This document shows, one piece after another, positions 25,278-33,526 of a stretch of 34,928 nucleotides of DNA (position 1 is the first letter of the stretch; each line of letters starts with the position of its first letter). The notes under the pieces are model-generated. The model did no database searches and had not been told where the DNA came from. It worked only from the letters and a program-made list of their open reading frames with translations. The position numbers were made by a program, and so were the translations under genes. Location: IMG/VR virus record IMGVR_UViG_2773857672_000001, positions 1 to 34,928 of that record; one strand, written 5' to 3'. This DNA is from a virus.

Positions 25278-25477
25278 TCAATTTGGCGGTTCGGCCCGGG
25301 CCCACCTCTCGGGCCTGGAGCCGAGCGTAGGACGTCGGCGAAGCGCAAGATGCTGGACTGCTCTCGCTCCTGCAGGGACCGAAAGCTATCTAGAAGCTGC
25401 TTTTCGCGGCCGCTGACCACCATAAGACTACCTGAACCTCGACTCACCATAGCGCCCTGCCAGACCATCTGCTCCAT
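25268..25477 (-). CDS. 69-aa hypothetical protein under an SOS box (candidate Tum-like antirepressor)
   Basis: ATG at 25477 preceded by GGGAGGG 8 nt upstream. A LexA-box lies 21-36 nt upstream. Its 3' end converges on and overlaps gpD by 10 nt. Confidence 0.5.
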   Translation of the reverse strand: MEQMVWQGAMVSRGSGSLMVVSGREKQLLDSFRSLQEREQSSILRFADVLRSAPGPRGGPGPNRQIDQA

Positions 25478-25497
25478 CCAATAGACCCTCCCAATTG

Positions 25498-25513
25498 CTG
25501 TATGTGCATACAG
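25498..25513. promoter_or_regulatory. LexA (SOS) box CTGTATGTGCATACAG
   Basis: Fits CTGT-N8-ACAG with conserved TAT/ATA flanks. On the minus strand it reads TACTGTATGCACATACAGCA. An adjacent 6-2-6 inverted repeat GTGATC-CC-GATCAC lies at 25520-25533. Confidence 0.7.
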
Positions 25514-25594
25514 TACATTGTGATCCCGATCACGCCAATGGCGAAAGCCGAACGGTTAGCTATGTCCGGTGCGGCGGGTGATCTGGCTGGCCTA

Positions 25595-25617
25595 GATGGC
25601 GCATGAGCAGCGCCATC
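25595..25617 (-). terminator. GC-rich stem-loop downstream of the secreted-protein gene (possible terminator, no U-tract)
   Basis: GATGGCGC / GCGCCATC 8-bp stem with a 7-nt loop. Confidence 0.3.
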
Positions 25618-25643
25618 CGTCTAGCGACCAACGGTACTAACGG

Positions 25644-26204
25644 TCATTTAGAGCTTAGGCTATCAACAAGCTTGTTCAGTTGCGGCTCTTTGTAATAAAC
25701 ATTTTCAAAACTCTTCGACCAGTGATCTAACTGGATACTTCCAGATTTTTCTGGCGAAGTAAGAGCGGAAAAGGAATCTACGGAAATATGTCCATTGATA
25801 ACCGACAGTGCTTTTTCGCGAGTCGCTTTAACCTCAACCTTCGGCGACTTCAGATAAACAACCTCTGACTTACCTGGCGTAAACTGAAGCGGAAACGCCG
25901 TTACGGTTATGCTATTTGCATTCGTATGAATGAAGGTACGATATACCGCGTACACCGCCGCACGCTTAACTTCATAGGCAGCATTATCCGCTGGCTCGTT
26001 CGGGAAGACCTTCGGCGAGATCTGCACGGTGAGCGGATCCTCCTTGAGCACACGGAACGTGCCGTTCTCCTCGGAGAAGTCGCCCAGATCCTCAATCATC
26101 TCTCTTACACCAGAGTATTGAATAGGCTCTAGATCATTTGCATAAGAAATTGACGCAAATAAAAAGAGCGCCGGAAGGGCAGCAACCTTTCCAACAGATA
26201 TCAT
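25644..26204 (-). CDS. Secreted (Sec signal peptide) 186-aa protein co-transcribed with the repressor
   Basis: MISVGKVAALPALFLFASISYA|ND signal peptide with no lipobox Cys. SD AAGGA. Only 15 nt separate it from the repressor stop. Strongly AT-rich relative to the phage. Confidence 0.7.
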   Translation of the reverse strand: MISVGKVAALPALFLFASISYANDLEPIQYSGVREMIEDLGDFSEENGTFRVLKEDPLTVQISPKVFPNEPADNAAYEVKRAAVYAVYRTFIHTNANSITVTAFPLQFTPGKSEVVYLKSPKVEVKATREKALSVINGHISVDSFSALTSPEKSGSIQLDHWSKSFENVYYKEPQLNKLVDSLSSK

Positions 26205-26219
26205 AACTATCCTTAATGT

Positions 26220-26555
26220 TTATTCAGAAGCTTGCGAAAGAGCCCAAACGAGACGTTCAATAGATGCCCGATCAACTTCGGACATTTTACGCATTGCCTG
26301 TATGACTTTTGTTTCCGAAGAGTTGAGGTCAGACACTGTTTGCGGCTTTCGCTCGCCATACAGTAGATACCAGATATCTACGCCAATCTTTTCGATAGCG
26401 GCCAAATACGCAACGTCGGGGCTGCGCTCATCCTTCTCGTAAAACCATTGAGTGTTTTTGGCAACACCACCCAATGCGGCGAAGTCGGTCTGGTTGTATC
26501 CCAACCGCTTTCGCTCCTCTTGGAGCCGAGACCCAATTCCCACTTTTGTCACCAT
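26220..26555 (-). CDS. Immunity repressor, XRE/Cro-CI-type HTH, no peptidase domain
   Basis: IGSRLQEERKRLGYNQTDFAALGGVAKNTQWFYEKDERSP is a classic HTH_3 pattern. 111 aa from the ATG at 26555. Divergent from the Ner/Cro-like gene. Confidence 0.75.
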   Translation of the reverse strand: MVTKVGIGSRLQEERKRLGYNQTDFAALGGVAKNTQWFYEKDERSPDVAYLAAIEKIGVDIWYLLYGERKPQTVSDLNSSETKVIQAMRKMSEVDRASIERLVWALSQASE

Positions 26556-26601
26556 CCTGGACTTGACTTTACCATCTGAGTGGTAAAGACTCCGCCTTGT
26601 G

Positions 26602-26633
26602 TCACACGAAACCACACTAAATCACACGAAACC
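26602..26633. promoter_or_regulatory. Two perfect 12-bp direct repeats TCACACGAAACC spaced 20 bp apart (candidate operators)
   Basis: Copies at 26602-26613 and 26622-26633, in the 83-bp gap between the repressor and Cro-like genes. Confidence 0.55.
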
Positions 26634-26638
26634 GAACT

Positions 26639-26863
26639 ATGCCGAACGGATACCCAACTGAGCAAGCTTGTGCCGCTGCGCGCGACCGCCTTAAGCGCCT
26701 TGGGTTGAGTGCCAAGGACTGGGCGCAACAGAACGGACTGACCCCCAGCACTGTTTACGCAGTGCTGAATGGCCAGAAAAAATGCCTTCGCGGTGAGTCC
26801 CACAAAGCGGCAGTGCTGCTGGGGATGAAAGAGGGTGAAACTTCAGCCGTGGCGGAACAGTAA
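26639..26863 (+). CDS. Ner/Cro-like small DNA-binding protein (Apl/Cox functional position)
   Basis: 74 aa. LSAKDWAQQNGLTPSTVYAVLNG..KCLRGESHKAAVLLGM resembles the Ner/Nlp family HTH. First gene of the early operon. Confidence 0.6.
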   Translation: MPNGYPTEQACAAARDRLKRLGLSAKDWAQQNGLTPSTVYAVLNGQKKCLRGESHKAAVLLGMKEGETSAVAEQ

Positions 26864-26892
26864 GGCCAGCAGGCCCAGGGAGATACTGGAAG

Positions 26893-27375
26893 ATGAAACG
26901 CCCCGCCCTAGAAACTCGCCGCCAGGTCATCAGCGCTGTGATCTGCGCATATCCCGGTGGTCGCGAGTGCGCCGCAGCCCGCCTCGGCCTGCCGCTCAAG
27001 AAGTTCGATAACCACGCCTACGAGACCGCCGGCTGCCGCCCGCTTAGCGATGCCCAGATCCTGCTGCTCGAGCAGGAGACCGGCACCACCCACCTGGTGG
27101 ACTACCTGGCCTCTCAGTACGGCGGTTTTTTCGTACGCCAGGCCGAGGTCGGCGACCTGGACAACCTGGACCTCTACGCCCGCTCGGTGAAGACCGCCGT
27201 CAAGCGAGGCCTGGTGGACCAGATCATCGGCCAGGCGCTCGAGGACGGCGTCATCGATGAGAAAGAGATCGAGCAGATTCTGGGCGCGCATCGCCGGCAT
27301 ATGGCAGCACGCGAGGAAGAGGTCTGGGCAGTGATCACGCTGCACGCGGCCAGGTCGTCTGGCCGAAAACACTAG
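26893..27375 (+). CDS. Phage regulatory CII-like protein (186 CII family)
   Basis: 160 aa in the second position of the early operon, as in 186. N-terminal ICAYPGGRECAAARLGLPLKKFDNH pattern is recalled from CII / CP76-family proteins. Confidence 0.5.
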   Translation: MKRPALETRRQVISAVICAYPGGRECAAARLGLPLKKFDNHAYETAGCRPLSDAQILLLEQETGTTHLVDYLASQYGGFFVRQAEVGDLDNLDLYARSVKTAVKRGLVDQIIGQALEDGVIDEKEIEQILGAHRRHMAAREEEVWAVITLHAARSSGRKH

Positions 27376-27480
27376 CCGAAGGGCGAACCCTGAAAGCCAG
27401 CCAGGACAGCGGGCACGTAGTCGGCGCGGAGCGCCAGAACCCGGCTAGGCCGGAGCCGCCACAGGCGGCAGGGAAGATAG

Positions 27481-27840
27481 ATGCGTTTGTTCAAGAAACA
27501 GAAGAAGGGGCAATTCTGGTGCTGCTTCTGTGGTGCGCCCCTGGTCTGCCGGACCAGCTGGTTTGCCCACGTGTTCCTGCGGCAACAGGTTTTCCAGTGT
27601 CACTTCGCGCCCTGCAGCGCGTCGTTTTACGCCCATACGGAGCTGACTCACCTGGCCAGCCCGAGTGGTTTGCCGAATGCGCCGGCTTGCGAGTTGCCCC
27701 CAAGCAACAGCCACCTGACTGCTATGGCGCAGAAGGTATACGAGAACAACGAGGCGATCCGTGAAGAGCAGCTCAATTTGCTCCAGGAAGAGCCAGAAGA
27801 AGACCAGCAGCCGCACGTAAGAGAGGACATCGCATCGTGA
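27481..27840 (+). CDS. ogr: Ogr/Delta/B-family zinc-finger late-gene activator
   Basis: C-X2-C-X22-C-X4-C (CCFC...QCHFAPCSASF) has the same spacing as P2 Ogr (CPLC...QCQNVNCSATF). It sits in the early operon, as does gene B of 186. Confidence 0.8.
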   Translation: MRLFKKQKKGQFWCCFCGAPLVCRTSWFAHVFLRQQVFQCHFAPCSASFYAHTELTHLASPSGLPNAPACELPPSNSHLTAMAQKVYENNEAIREEQLNLLQEEPEEDQQPHVREDIAS

Positions 27841-28196
27841 CCACCACCAACCACCCCGCCGACTACCTCGACACCATGCAGGCCGCTGCCCTCGCCTACC
27901 TACGCAACCATGAAGCCAAGCACCTCGGCCGCAGCCAGGCCCTGCAGGATGCCACCGCGGCGCACCTGCAGCTGATGGGTGTGCCCCAGCACACCGCCGA
28001 GCGCCTGGTCGCCCGCGCCAGTGATCAACTCGAAGCCCTCAAGGGCCACCGCTTCCTGGACATCGATGCCAGCACCGGCGACGTCGTCGTCTTGGTCAAT
28101 CCGGCCACTGGCCTGCGCTACTGCATTCCGGTCGTGGAGATCTTCGACGCCCTGATCGACGAAGACCCCGGCACGCGACAGAACGCCTCCCGCTAA
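27837..28196 (+). CDS. Hypothetical protein
   Basis: 119-aa ORF with backbone-like codon usage, coupled to the preceding gene. Confidence 0.55.
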   Translation: MTTTNHPADYLDTMQAAALAYLRNHEAKHLGRSQALQDATAAHLQLMGVPQHTAERLVARASDQLEALKGHRFLDIDASTGDVVVLVNPATGLRYCIPVVEIFDALIDEDPGTRQNASR

Positions 28197-28270
28197 GCCC
28201 CTGAATACCTGATCCATGCCCGCCTTGCGTGGGTATGGGTGAACTGCGCCTTTTTGCAGCGAGAAACATC

Positions 28271-28513
28271 ATGCCGAACACCCTTTCCCTCCAGATCGAA
28301 CTGCCGCCGGCAGTCGCTGAGACCTACGCCCGCTGGCTCCAGGGCCGCGCCGACTACATCGTCAACCAGCACTGGAACGAGCCGCGCTACCTCCGGATTG
28401 AGGACACCGACAAACGCCGTGCCTCCATCCTGCAGCGCTTCCCTTCCATGCTCGCCGCCCACCAGACCGCCGCCCAGATCCGCGCTCAGCTCGCCAACCA
28501 GGAGGCCAACTGA
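28271..28513 (+). CDS. Hypothetical protein
   Basis: Start chosen at the ATG preceded by GAGAAACATC (the same 15-mer as at two other genes). 80 aa. Confidence 0.5.
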   Translation: MPNTLSLQIELPPAVAETYARWLQGRADYIVNQHWNEPRYLRIEDTDKRRASILQRFPSMLAAHQTAAQIRAQLANQEAN

Positions 28514-28731
28514 TGCGCCGCCAACTCGACGTGACCCTCGCCCGAGACGCCGCCGGCTCTACCGTTGTATCGAACGATGGTGTCCTGGGCGTCATCGACT
28601 TCTGGACCCCCGCCGAGCTGCGCGAGCTCGCCCGCGCCCTGAACATCCTGGCCACCGACGCCGAACGCCATGAGGGCAGCGATCTGCGCCTGGTGCGCGA
28701 CCTCGGTACCGGCCGCGCGGCGGAGTTCTGA
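28513..28731 (+). CDS. Hypothetical protein
   Basis: 72-aa ORF with ATGA coupling. Confidence 0.5.
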   Translation: MRRQLDVTLARDAAGSTVVSNDGVLGVIDFWTPAELRELARALNILATDAERHEGSDLRLVRDLGTGRAAEF

Positions 28732-28733
28732 GC

Positions 28734-31451
28734 ATGTACCAAATGGACCACCAGCTCCGCGCCGACGTGCTGCAGCGCCTCGAGGCTGACCTCGGCCTGC
28801 GGCACATCAACGGCACGGACTACATGCGCAAGGGCACCTGCCCGGCGTGCCACAAGACCGAACTCTTCACCAGCCACGCTAATCCCTGGGTGGTGAAGTG
28901 CGGCCGCGAGGCGAAGTGTGGCCAGACCTGGCACGTCAAGGAGCTCTATAGCGATCTGTTCGAGGACTGGTCCGAGCGCTTCAAGCCCACCAACGACGCC
29001 CCCGCCGCCAGTGCCGATGGCTACCTCCAGTTCGCCCGCGGCTTCGATCTGGGCCTGATCAAAGGCTGGTACACCCAGGAAAACTACTGGGACCGCGACC
29101 TCGGCATCGGCTCGGCCACCGTGCGCTTTGAAATGCCCGCCGGCGGCTACTGGGAACGGCTGATCGATCGCCCGAACCGCTTCGGCAGCAAAAAGGCCCG
29201 CTTCAAGCCGGCCTGGAGCTACAAGGGCAAGCTCTGGGTGCCGCCAACCGTCGACCTGTTGCAGGTCCAGGAGCTGTGGATCGTCGAGGGGATCTTCGAC
29301 GCCATCGCCCTGCTGCATCACGGCATCCACGCCGTCTCCATGATGTCGAGCGCGCCCTTCCCCGAGGAAGCCCTCAAGGAGCTGGCCCGTACCCGCGGTC
29401 CCAAGCTGCCTAAACTGGTCTGGGCCCTGGATAACGAGCCAACCGCCAGAGAGAACATCCGCAAGTGGGTACGCCTGGCCAAGGACCTGGGCTATCGCAA
29501 CCAGGAGGCTGCGCAGATCCCGCAACCAGGTGGCCGCAAGGTCGACTGGAACGATCTGCACCAGCGCTGGATGTTCGAGAAAGAGGACAAGCGCAAAGAC
29601 CGCATCGAGCGCGACCTGGAGATCGCCCACCACCAGGGCACCCTGCTGCTGGCCGATTCCCCCAAGGAGAAGGCGCTGCGGATCTACGGCTTCGAGGAAG
29701 CGAGCAGCGAGTTCTACTTCGACTTCGGCAACCGCATGTACTGGGCCAAGTTCGACCTCAGCAAGCTGGACGAAGAGCAGCGCGCCATCCTGGACAGCGA
29801 CGAGCCCGAAGACCGGATGCTCAACGAGAACAGCGCCCGCCGCCGCGCTCTGGAGAACGTCTGCTCGCTCAAGCTGCTGGCTAACTGCAACTTCGAGACC
29901 CTCTACAAGCAGATCAGCGAATCCACCGGCGAGGCCTGGTACTACCTCCGCGTCAACCCGCCCCACGACGGCCCGGCCGAGAAGCTGGCCTTCACGCCCA
30001 AGCAGATGGCCTCGAGCGGTGAATTCAAGGCCAAGCTCTTGCACGCCGGCGCCACCTGGCTCGGCACCCAGAAGCACCTGGACCAGATCGTCATCACCCA
30101 AACCGAGGGCGTGAAGACCGTCGAGACCATCGATTTCATGGGCTACAGCAAGGACCACCAGGCCTACATCTTCAACGACATCGCCTGCCACAACGGCAAC
30201 GTGGTGAAGGCCAACAGCGAGGACTACTTCGAGCTGGGCAAGCGCCGGGTGAAGTCCCCGTCGCTGTTGAAGATCAAGGCGCAGCCCGATAGCACCGGCT
30301 ACCGCGAAGACTGGTTGCCCAAGCTCTGGCTATGCTTCGGCGCCAAGGGCCTGATCACCCTCACCTACTGGTTCGGCTCCCTCTTCGCCGAGCAGATCCG
30401 CGGCCAGTACGAGAGCTTTCCCTTCCTGGAAGTGACGGGCGAGCCCGACGCCGGCAAGTCCACCCTGCTGGTCTTCATCTGGAAGCTGTTCGGCCGCAAC
30501 TACGAAGGTTTCGACCCGACCAAGGGCTCGGCCTCTGGCCGCAGCCGCGCCATGGGCCAGGTTGCCGGCATGCCGGTCGTGCTCCTCGAGGGCGACCGCA
30601 ACAGCGATGCCGCCAACACCAAGAGCTTCGACTGGGACGAGCTGAAGGACTTTTTCGGCGGCGGTCTGCTGCGGACCCGCGGCGTCAAGAACAACACCAA
30701 CGAAACCTACGAGCCGCCCTTCCGCGGGACCATCGTCATCAGCCAGAACGCACCGGTAACCGGCCACGAAGCCATCCTCTCGCGGATCGTAAAGCTGCAC
30801 TTCACCAAGCCCAAGATCACCGAGGCCAGCAGCGCAGCCGCGGACGCCATCAACCTGATGGAGATCGAGGAGCTGAGCCACTTCCTGGTCAAGGCCATCA
30901 AGGCCGAACCCCAGGTCATGGCCCTATTCGCCGAACGCTACCCGCACCACCGCCAGCGGCTGCGCAAGATGAGCGCCCTGCGCTCGGCCCGGGTGGTGAA
31001 GAACCACGCCATGATCCTGGCCCTGGTGGACTGTCTGGCCCTGATCCTGCCGCTGAGCGAAACCCAGCTGGCTGCCTGTGATCAGCAGCTGCTGCAGATG
31101 GCCATGGAGCGCCAGAGCGCGATCAGCGCCGATCCGGCCGAGCTGGATGAATTCTGGGCCGTATACGACTACCTGGAATCGCGCGGCGACCACGCCATGG
31201 TCAACCACGCCAAGAAGCCCGACGAGCTGATCGCCATCAACCTCAACCAGTTCGCCGAGAAGGCCGCTGAGTTCAAGCAAAAGATCCCGGACCTCAACAC
31301 CCTCCGCCGCATGCTGCCCGACTGCCGCCGGCACAAGCTCCTGGGCATCAACGTTTCCACGTCCAGCGCAATTCGCACCCGCGAAATGCTGCGCAACCCC
31401 CTGAGCGAAAAGAAAGAACCCAACGTGAAGTGCTGGCACTTCAAGCCCTGA
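28734..31451 (+). CDS. Replication protein: zinc-finger / toprim primase domain fused to a P-loop helicase-like domain
   Basis: CPACHK...KCGREAKCG zinc motif. Toprim-like ELWIVEGIFDAIAL and VWALDNE. Walker A GEPDAGKST. 905 aa. Confidence 0.8.
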   Translation: MYQMDHQLRADVLQRLEADLGLRHINGTDYMRKGTCPACHKTELFTSHANPWVVKCGREAKCGQTWHVKELYSDLFEDWSERFKPTNDAPAASADGYLQFARGFDLGLIKGWYTQENYWDRDLGIGSATVRFEMPAGGYWERLIDRPNRFGSKKARFKPAWSYKGKLWVPPTVDLLQVQELWIVEGIFDAIALLHHGIHAVSMMSSAPFPEEALKELARTRGPKLPKLVWALDNEPTARENIRKWVRLAKDLGYRNQEAAQIPQPGGRKVDWNDLHQRWMFEKEDKRKDRIERDLEIAHHQGTLLLADSPKEKALRIYGFEEASSEFYFDFGNRMYWAKFDLSKLDEEQRAILDSDEPEDRMLNENSARRRALENVCSLKLLANCNFETLYKQISESTGEAWYYLRVNPPHDGPAEKLAFTPKQMASSGEFKAKLLHAGATWLGTQKHLDQIVITQTEGVKTVETIDFMGYSKDHQAYIFNDIACHNGNVVKANSEDYFELGKRRVKSPSLLKIKAQPDSTGYREDWLPKLWLCFGAKGLITLTYWFGSLFAEQIRGQYESFPFLEVTGEPDAGKSTLLVFIWKLFGRNYEGFDPTKGSASGRSRAMGQVAGMPVVLLEGDRNSDAANTKSFDWDELKDFFGGGLLRTRGVKNNTNETYEPPFRGTIVISQNAPVTGHEAILSRIVKLHFTKPKITEASSAAADAINLMEIEELSHFLVKAIKAEPQVMALFAERYPHHRQRLRKMSALRSARVVKNHAMILALVDCLALILPLSETQLAACDQQLLQMAMERQSAISADPAELDEFWAVYDYLESRGDHAMVNHAKKPDELIAINLNQFAEKAAEFKQKIPDLNTLRRMLPDCRRHKLLGINVSTSSAIRTREMLRNPLSEKKEPNVKCWHFKP

Positions 31452-31475
31452 TCCACCCACCCAAGGAGAGACACC

Positions 31476-32066
31476 ATGCAGCAATACCACTACCGCTCCA
31501 CAGATCCTGCCGTCGTCGCCATCGTCCAGGACTGCTTCAACCAACGCCAAGCCCTGCGGCTCGCTGCTGATCGTCTGGGCGAGGCCTTCGGTGGTGAGGT
31601 CGCCCTGCTGCGCTCCACGACCGACGTCATGCCCGGCGGCATAAAGCTCAAGGGTGGCCAGGAGCTGGACGTCCACTGGTGCCGACCTGATCAGTGGGGC
31701 TTCCGCCGCCTGCGCGTCAAGCCGAAGACGGCCAAGGGCATGCCCAAGGCGGAGCGCGAAGCCCTCCAGGTCGAGCACCAGTGTCTGGTCCAGCTGTGGC
31801 AGGAGCACTGCCCAGCGTCGCTCGACGTGCATGCGTTCTGGGATCGCCTGGGCGTGAACACCGGCAACCTGCTGCTCAGCGGCGGCCTGTTCTTCACCCA
31901 ACACGGCGCGGCCTTCTTCTGCCTGGGCTTCGACATCAACCAGGCCGAGCACCTGGCCAACGTCGCCGCCGGCAAGCCCAGCGCCGGCTGGATCGACGGC
32001 GCTGAGGAGATCCTGCCCAGCCACTACGACGCCGCCCGCCGCGACTACAACCGGGAGGCAGCTTGA
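31476..32066 (+). CDS. Hypothetical protein
   Basis: 196-aa ORF with SD AGGAGAG upstream and backbone composition. Confidence 0.55.
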   Translation: MQQYHYRSTDPAVVAIVQDCFNQRQALRLAADRLGEAFGGEVALLRSTTDVMPGGIKLKGGQELDVHWCRPDQWGFRRLRVKPKTAKGMPKAEREALQVEHQCLVQLWQEHCPASLDVHAFWDRLGVNTGNLLLSGGLFFTQHGAAFFCLGFDINQAEHLANVAAGKPSAGWIDGAEEILPSHYDAARRDYNREAA

Positions 32067-32194
32067 GGGCCAGGAGTGCCCAACTGTTCGTGATCGAGGA
32101 GAGAAGGTCCGGATCCGCTGACGGGACGCCGGAAAGAAAGAGGCCTGGGGAGCGCCAACTCGCCCAGGCCGACCACCACCACTGGAGAAACATC

Positions 32195-32455
32195 ATGCCT
32201 AACGTAAACCAGCGCAGTAGCAATGCTCAGCCTATCACGCTCCACCCGGCCCTGGTGCAACGCTGCCAAGCCACCGCGCTGCTGGGCGAGGCTGTCATCC
32301 GCTACCAGGTCAGCCGCTCCAGCGGCGATCGCATCCACCTCCTCGCTCTGGCCAGCATGGCCAACACTCTCGGCGCCCTGACCGCCGAGGACGCCGAGGT
32401 CATCGAAACCACCCTGGCCAAGCCAGCCCAGCAGCACACCGGAGCAACCCTATGA
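32195..32455 (+). CDS. Hypothetical protein
   Basis: ATG preceded by GGAGAAACATC. 86 aa. The TTG-extended track ORF (32063) was rejected. Confidence 0.5.
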   Translation: MPNVNQRSSNAQPITLHPALVQRCQATALLGEAVIRYQVSRSSGDRIHLLALASMANTLGALTAEDAEVIETTLAKPAQQHTGATL

Positions 32456-33123
32456 ACCGCCGTATCGACATCGTCATCGACCTGGAGACCCTCGGCCAGG
32501 GCAACAACGCCCCGATCCTATCCATCGGCGCCGTTGCCGTGACCGGTGCCGGCACCCCCGCCGCGGCGATCGCCGGCGAGTTCTACAGCCGCGTCGACCT
32601 GGAATCCGCCATCGCCCGCGGCGCCGTGCCTGACAGCGAAACCATCGAATGGTGGTGGCAGCAGTCGCCCGAGGCCCGGGCCGAGATCGACGGCAGCCGC
32701 GATCGGGACGACATCCGGGCCGCGCTGGTGCTCTTCTCCAACTGGCTGCTCCAGCAGTCCGAGCCTCAGCCCGACCAGGACGGCTGTCTCGCCGATGTCG
32801 AGCGGCGGATCTGGGGCAACAGCCCCAGTTTCGACTGCGTCATCCTGGGCAACGCCTACCGCATCGGTGGCAACCTGGTGCCTTGGCATCACCGGGAAGA
32901 GCGGGACCTACGGACGCTGCTGGACCTGTACCCCGCCGCCAAGCCGCGCCACTTCAATGGCATCCGCCATCACGCCCTGCACGACGCCCGCCACGAAGCC
33001 CACCAGTTGATCCAGGCCCTGTCCGTCCATGCCCTGCGCCTGGACTGCGCCAAGGCCGAAGCCAGCCGGGTGGCATCGCTGGAGCATTCCTACCAGCAGC
33101 CCACTGACCAGCAGGCCAGGTAA
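32452..33123 (+). CDS. DEDDh 3'-5' exonuclease (DnaQ-like fold)
   Basis: Exo I IVIDLETLG, Exo II NSPSFDCVIL, Exo III HHALHDARHEA. Confidence 0.75.
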   Translation: MNRRIDIVIDLETLGQGNNAPILSIGAVAVTGAGTPAAAIAGEFYSRVDLESAIARGAVPDSETIEWWWQQSPEARAEIDGSRDRDDIRAALVLFSNWLLQQSEPQPDQDGCLADVERRIWGNSPSFDCVILGNAYRIGGNLVPWHHREERDLRTLLDLYPAAKPRHFNGIRHHALHDARHEAHQLIQALSVHALRLDCAKAEASRVASLEHSYQQPTDQQAR

Positions 33124-33332
33124 TGCCGATTGAGAACGTTCAACAGCTCCTCGAGGCCGAGGCGCGCGCCTGGATCGGTAAGGGCTACAGTTCGCCCGAG
33201 CGGATCCAAGAATTGCGGGCAACCATCACCAAGCACCGCGGCGCAGCCGCGGCTGAGAAACTGATTCAAGAGATGCGCCGTCAGTACCGGCGCCAACGTG
33301 AGGAAGAGACCAATGGCCAGCAAGCTGGATAG
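33123..33332 (+). CDS. Hypothetical small protein
   Basis: 69-aa charged ORF coupled to the exonuclease gene. Confidence 0.45.
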   Translation: MPIENVQQLLEAEARAWIGKGYSSPERIQELRATITKHRGAAAAEKLIQEMRRQYRRQREEETNGQQAG

Positions 33333-33516
33333 ATTTCTGCGCGAGGAAGAGGTGGTCGCGGTGACCTCCCTCTCTCGCGCCACCATCTGGCGACTGGTGA
33401 AGGCCAGCCAGTTTCCGCCTCCGGTCAACATTACCCCTGGCCGGGTCGGCTGGCGTGAGTCGGCTATTGCCGGGTGGCAGAGCGACCCAATGAGATGGCA
33501 AGGCGGGGCTGCGTGA
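33313..33516 (+). CDS. alpA: AlpA-family transcriptional regulator / excisionase
   Basis: LREEEVVAVTSLSRATIWRLVKASQFPPPVNITPGRVGWRESAIAGW matches the AlpA/Phage_AlpA signature. Adjacent to and convergent with int. Confidence 0.82.
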   Translation: MASKLDRFLREEEVVAVTSLSRATIWRLVKASQFPPPVNITPGRVGWRESAIAGWQSDPMRWQGGAA

Positions 33517-33526
33517 GCAGCCCCTT

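Noticed and set aside
25114-25416. Plus-strand 100-aa ORF overlapping the end of gpD
   Set aside because: It is out of frame inside gpD, Arg/Pro-rich and has no SD. The minus-strand 69-aa ORF, with its SD and LexA box, explains the downstream part better.
26556-26615. GTG-initiated 20-aa extension of the repressor ORF
   Set aside because: The extension would run through the operator repeats and the putative early-promoter -35 and -10. XRE repressors normally begin a few residues before the HTH. The SD for the ATG at 26555 is weak, however, so the start remains somewhat uncertain.
32063-32194. TTG-initiated extension of ORF 32063..32455
   Set aside because: The start is non-canonical and overlaps the previous gene. 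The internal ATG at 32195 carries the conserved GGAGAAACATC initiation region.
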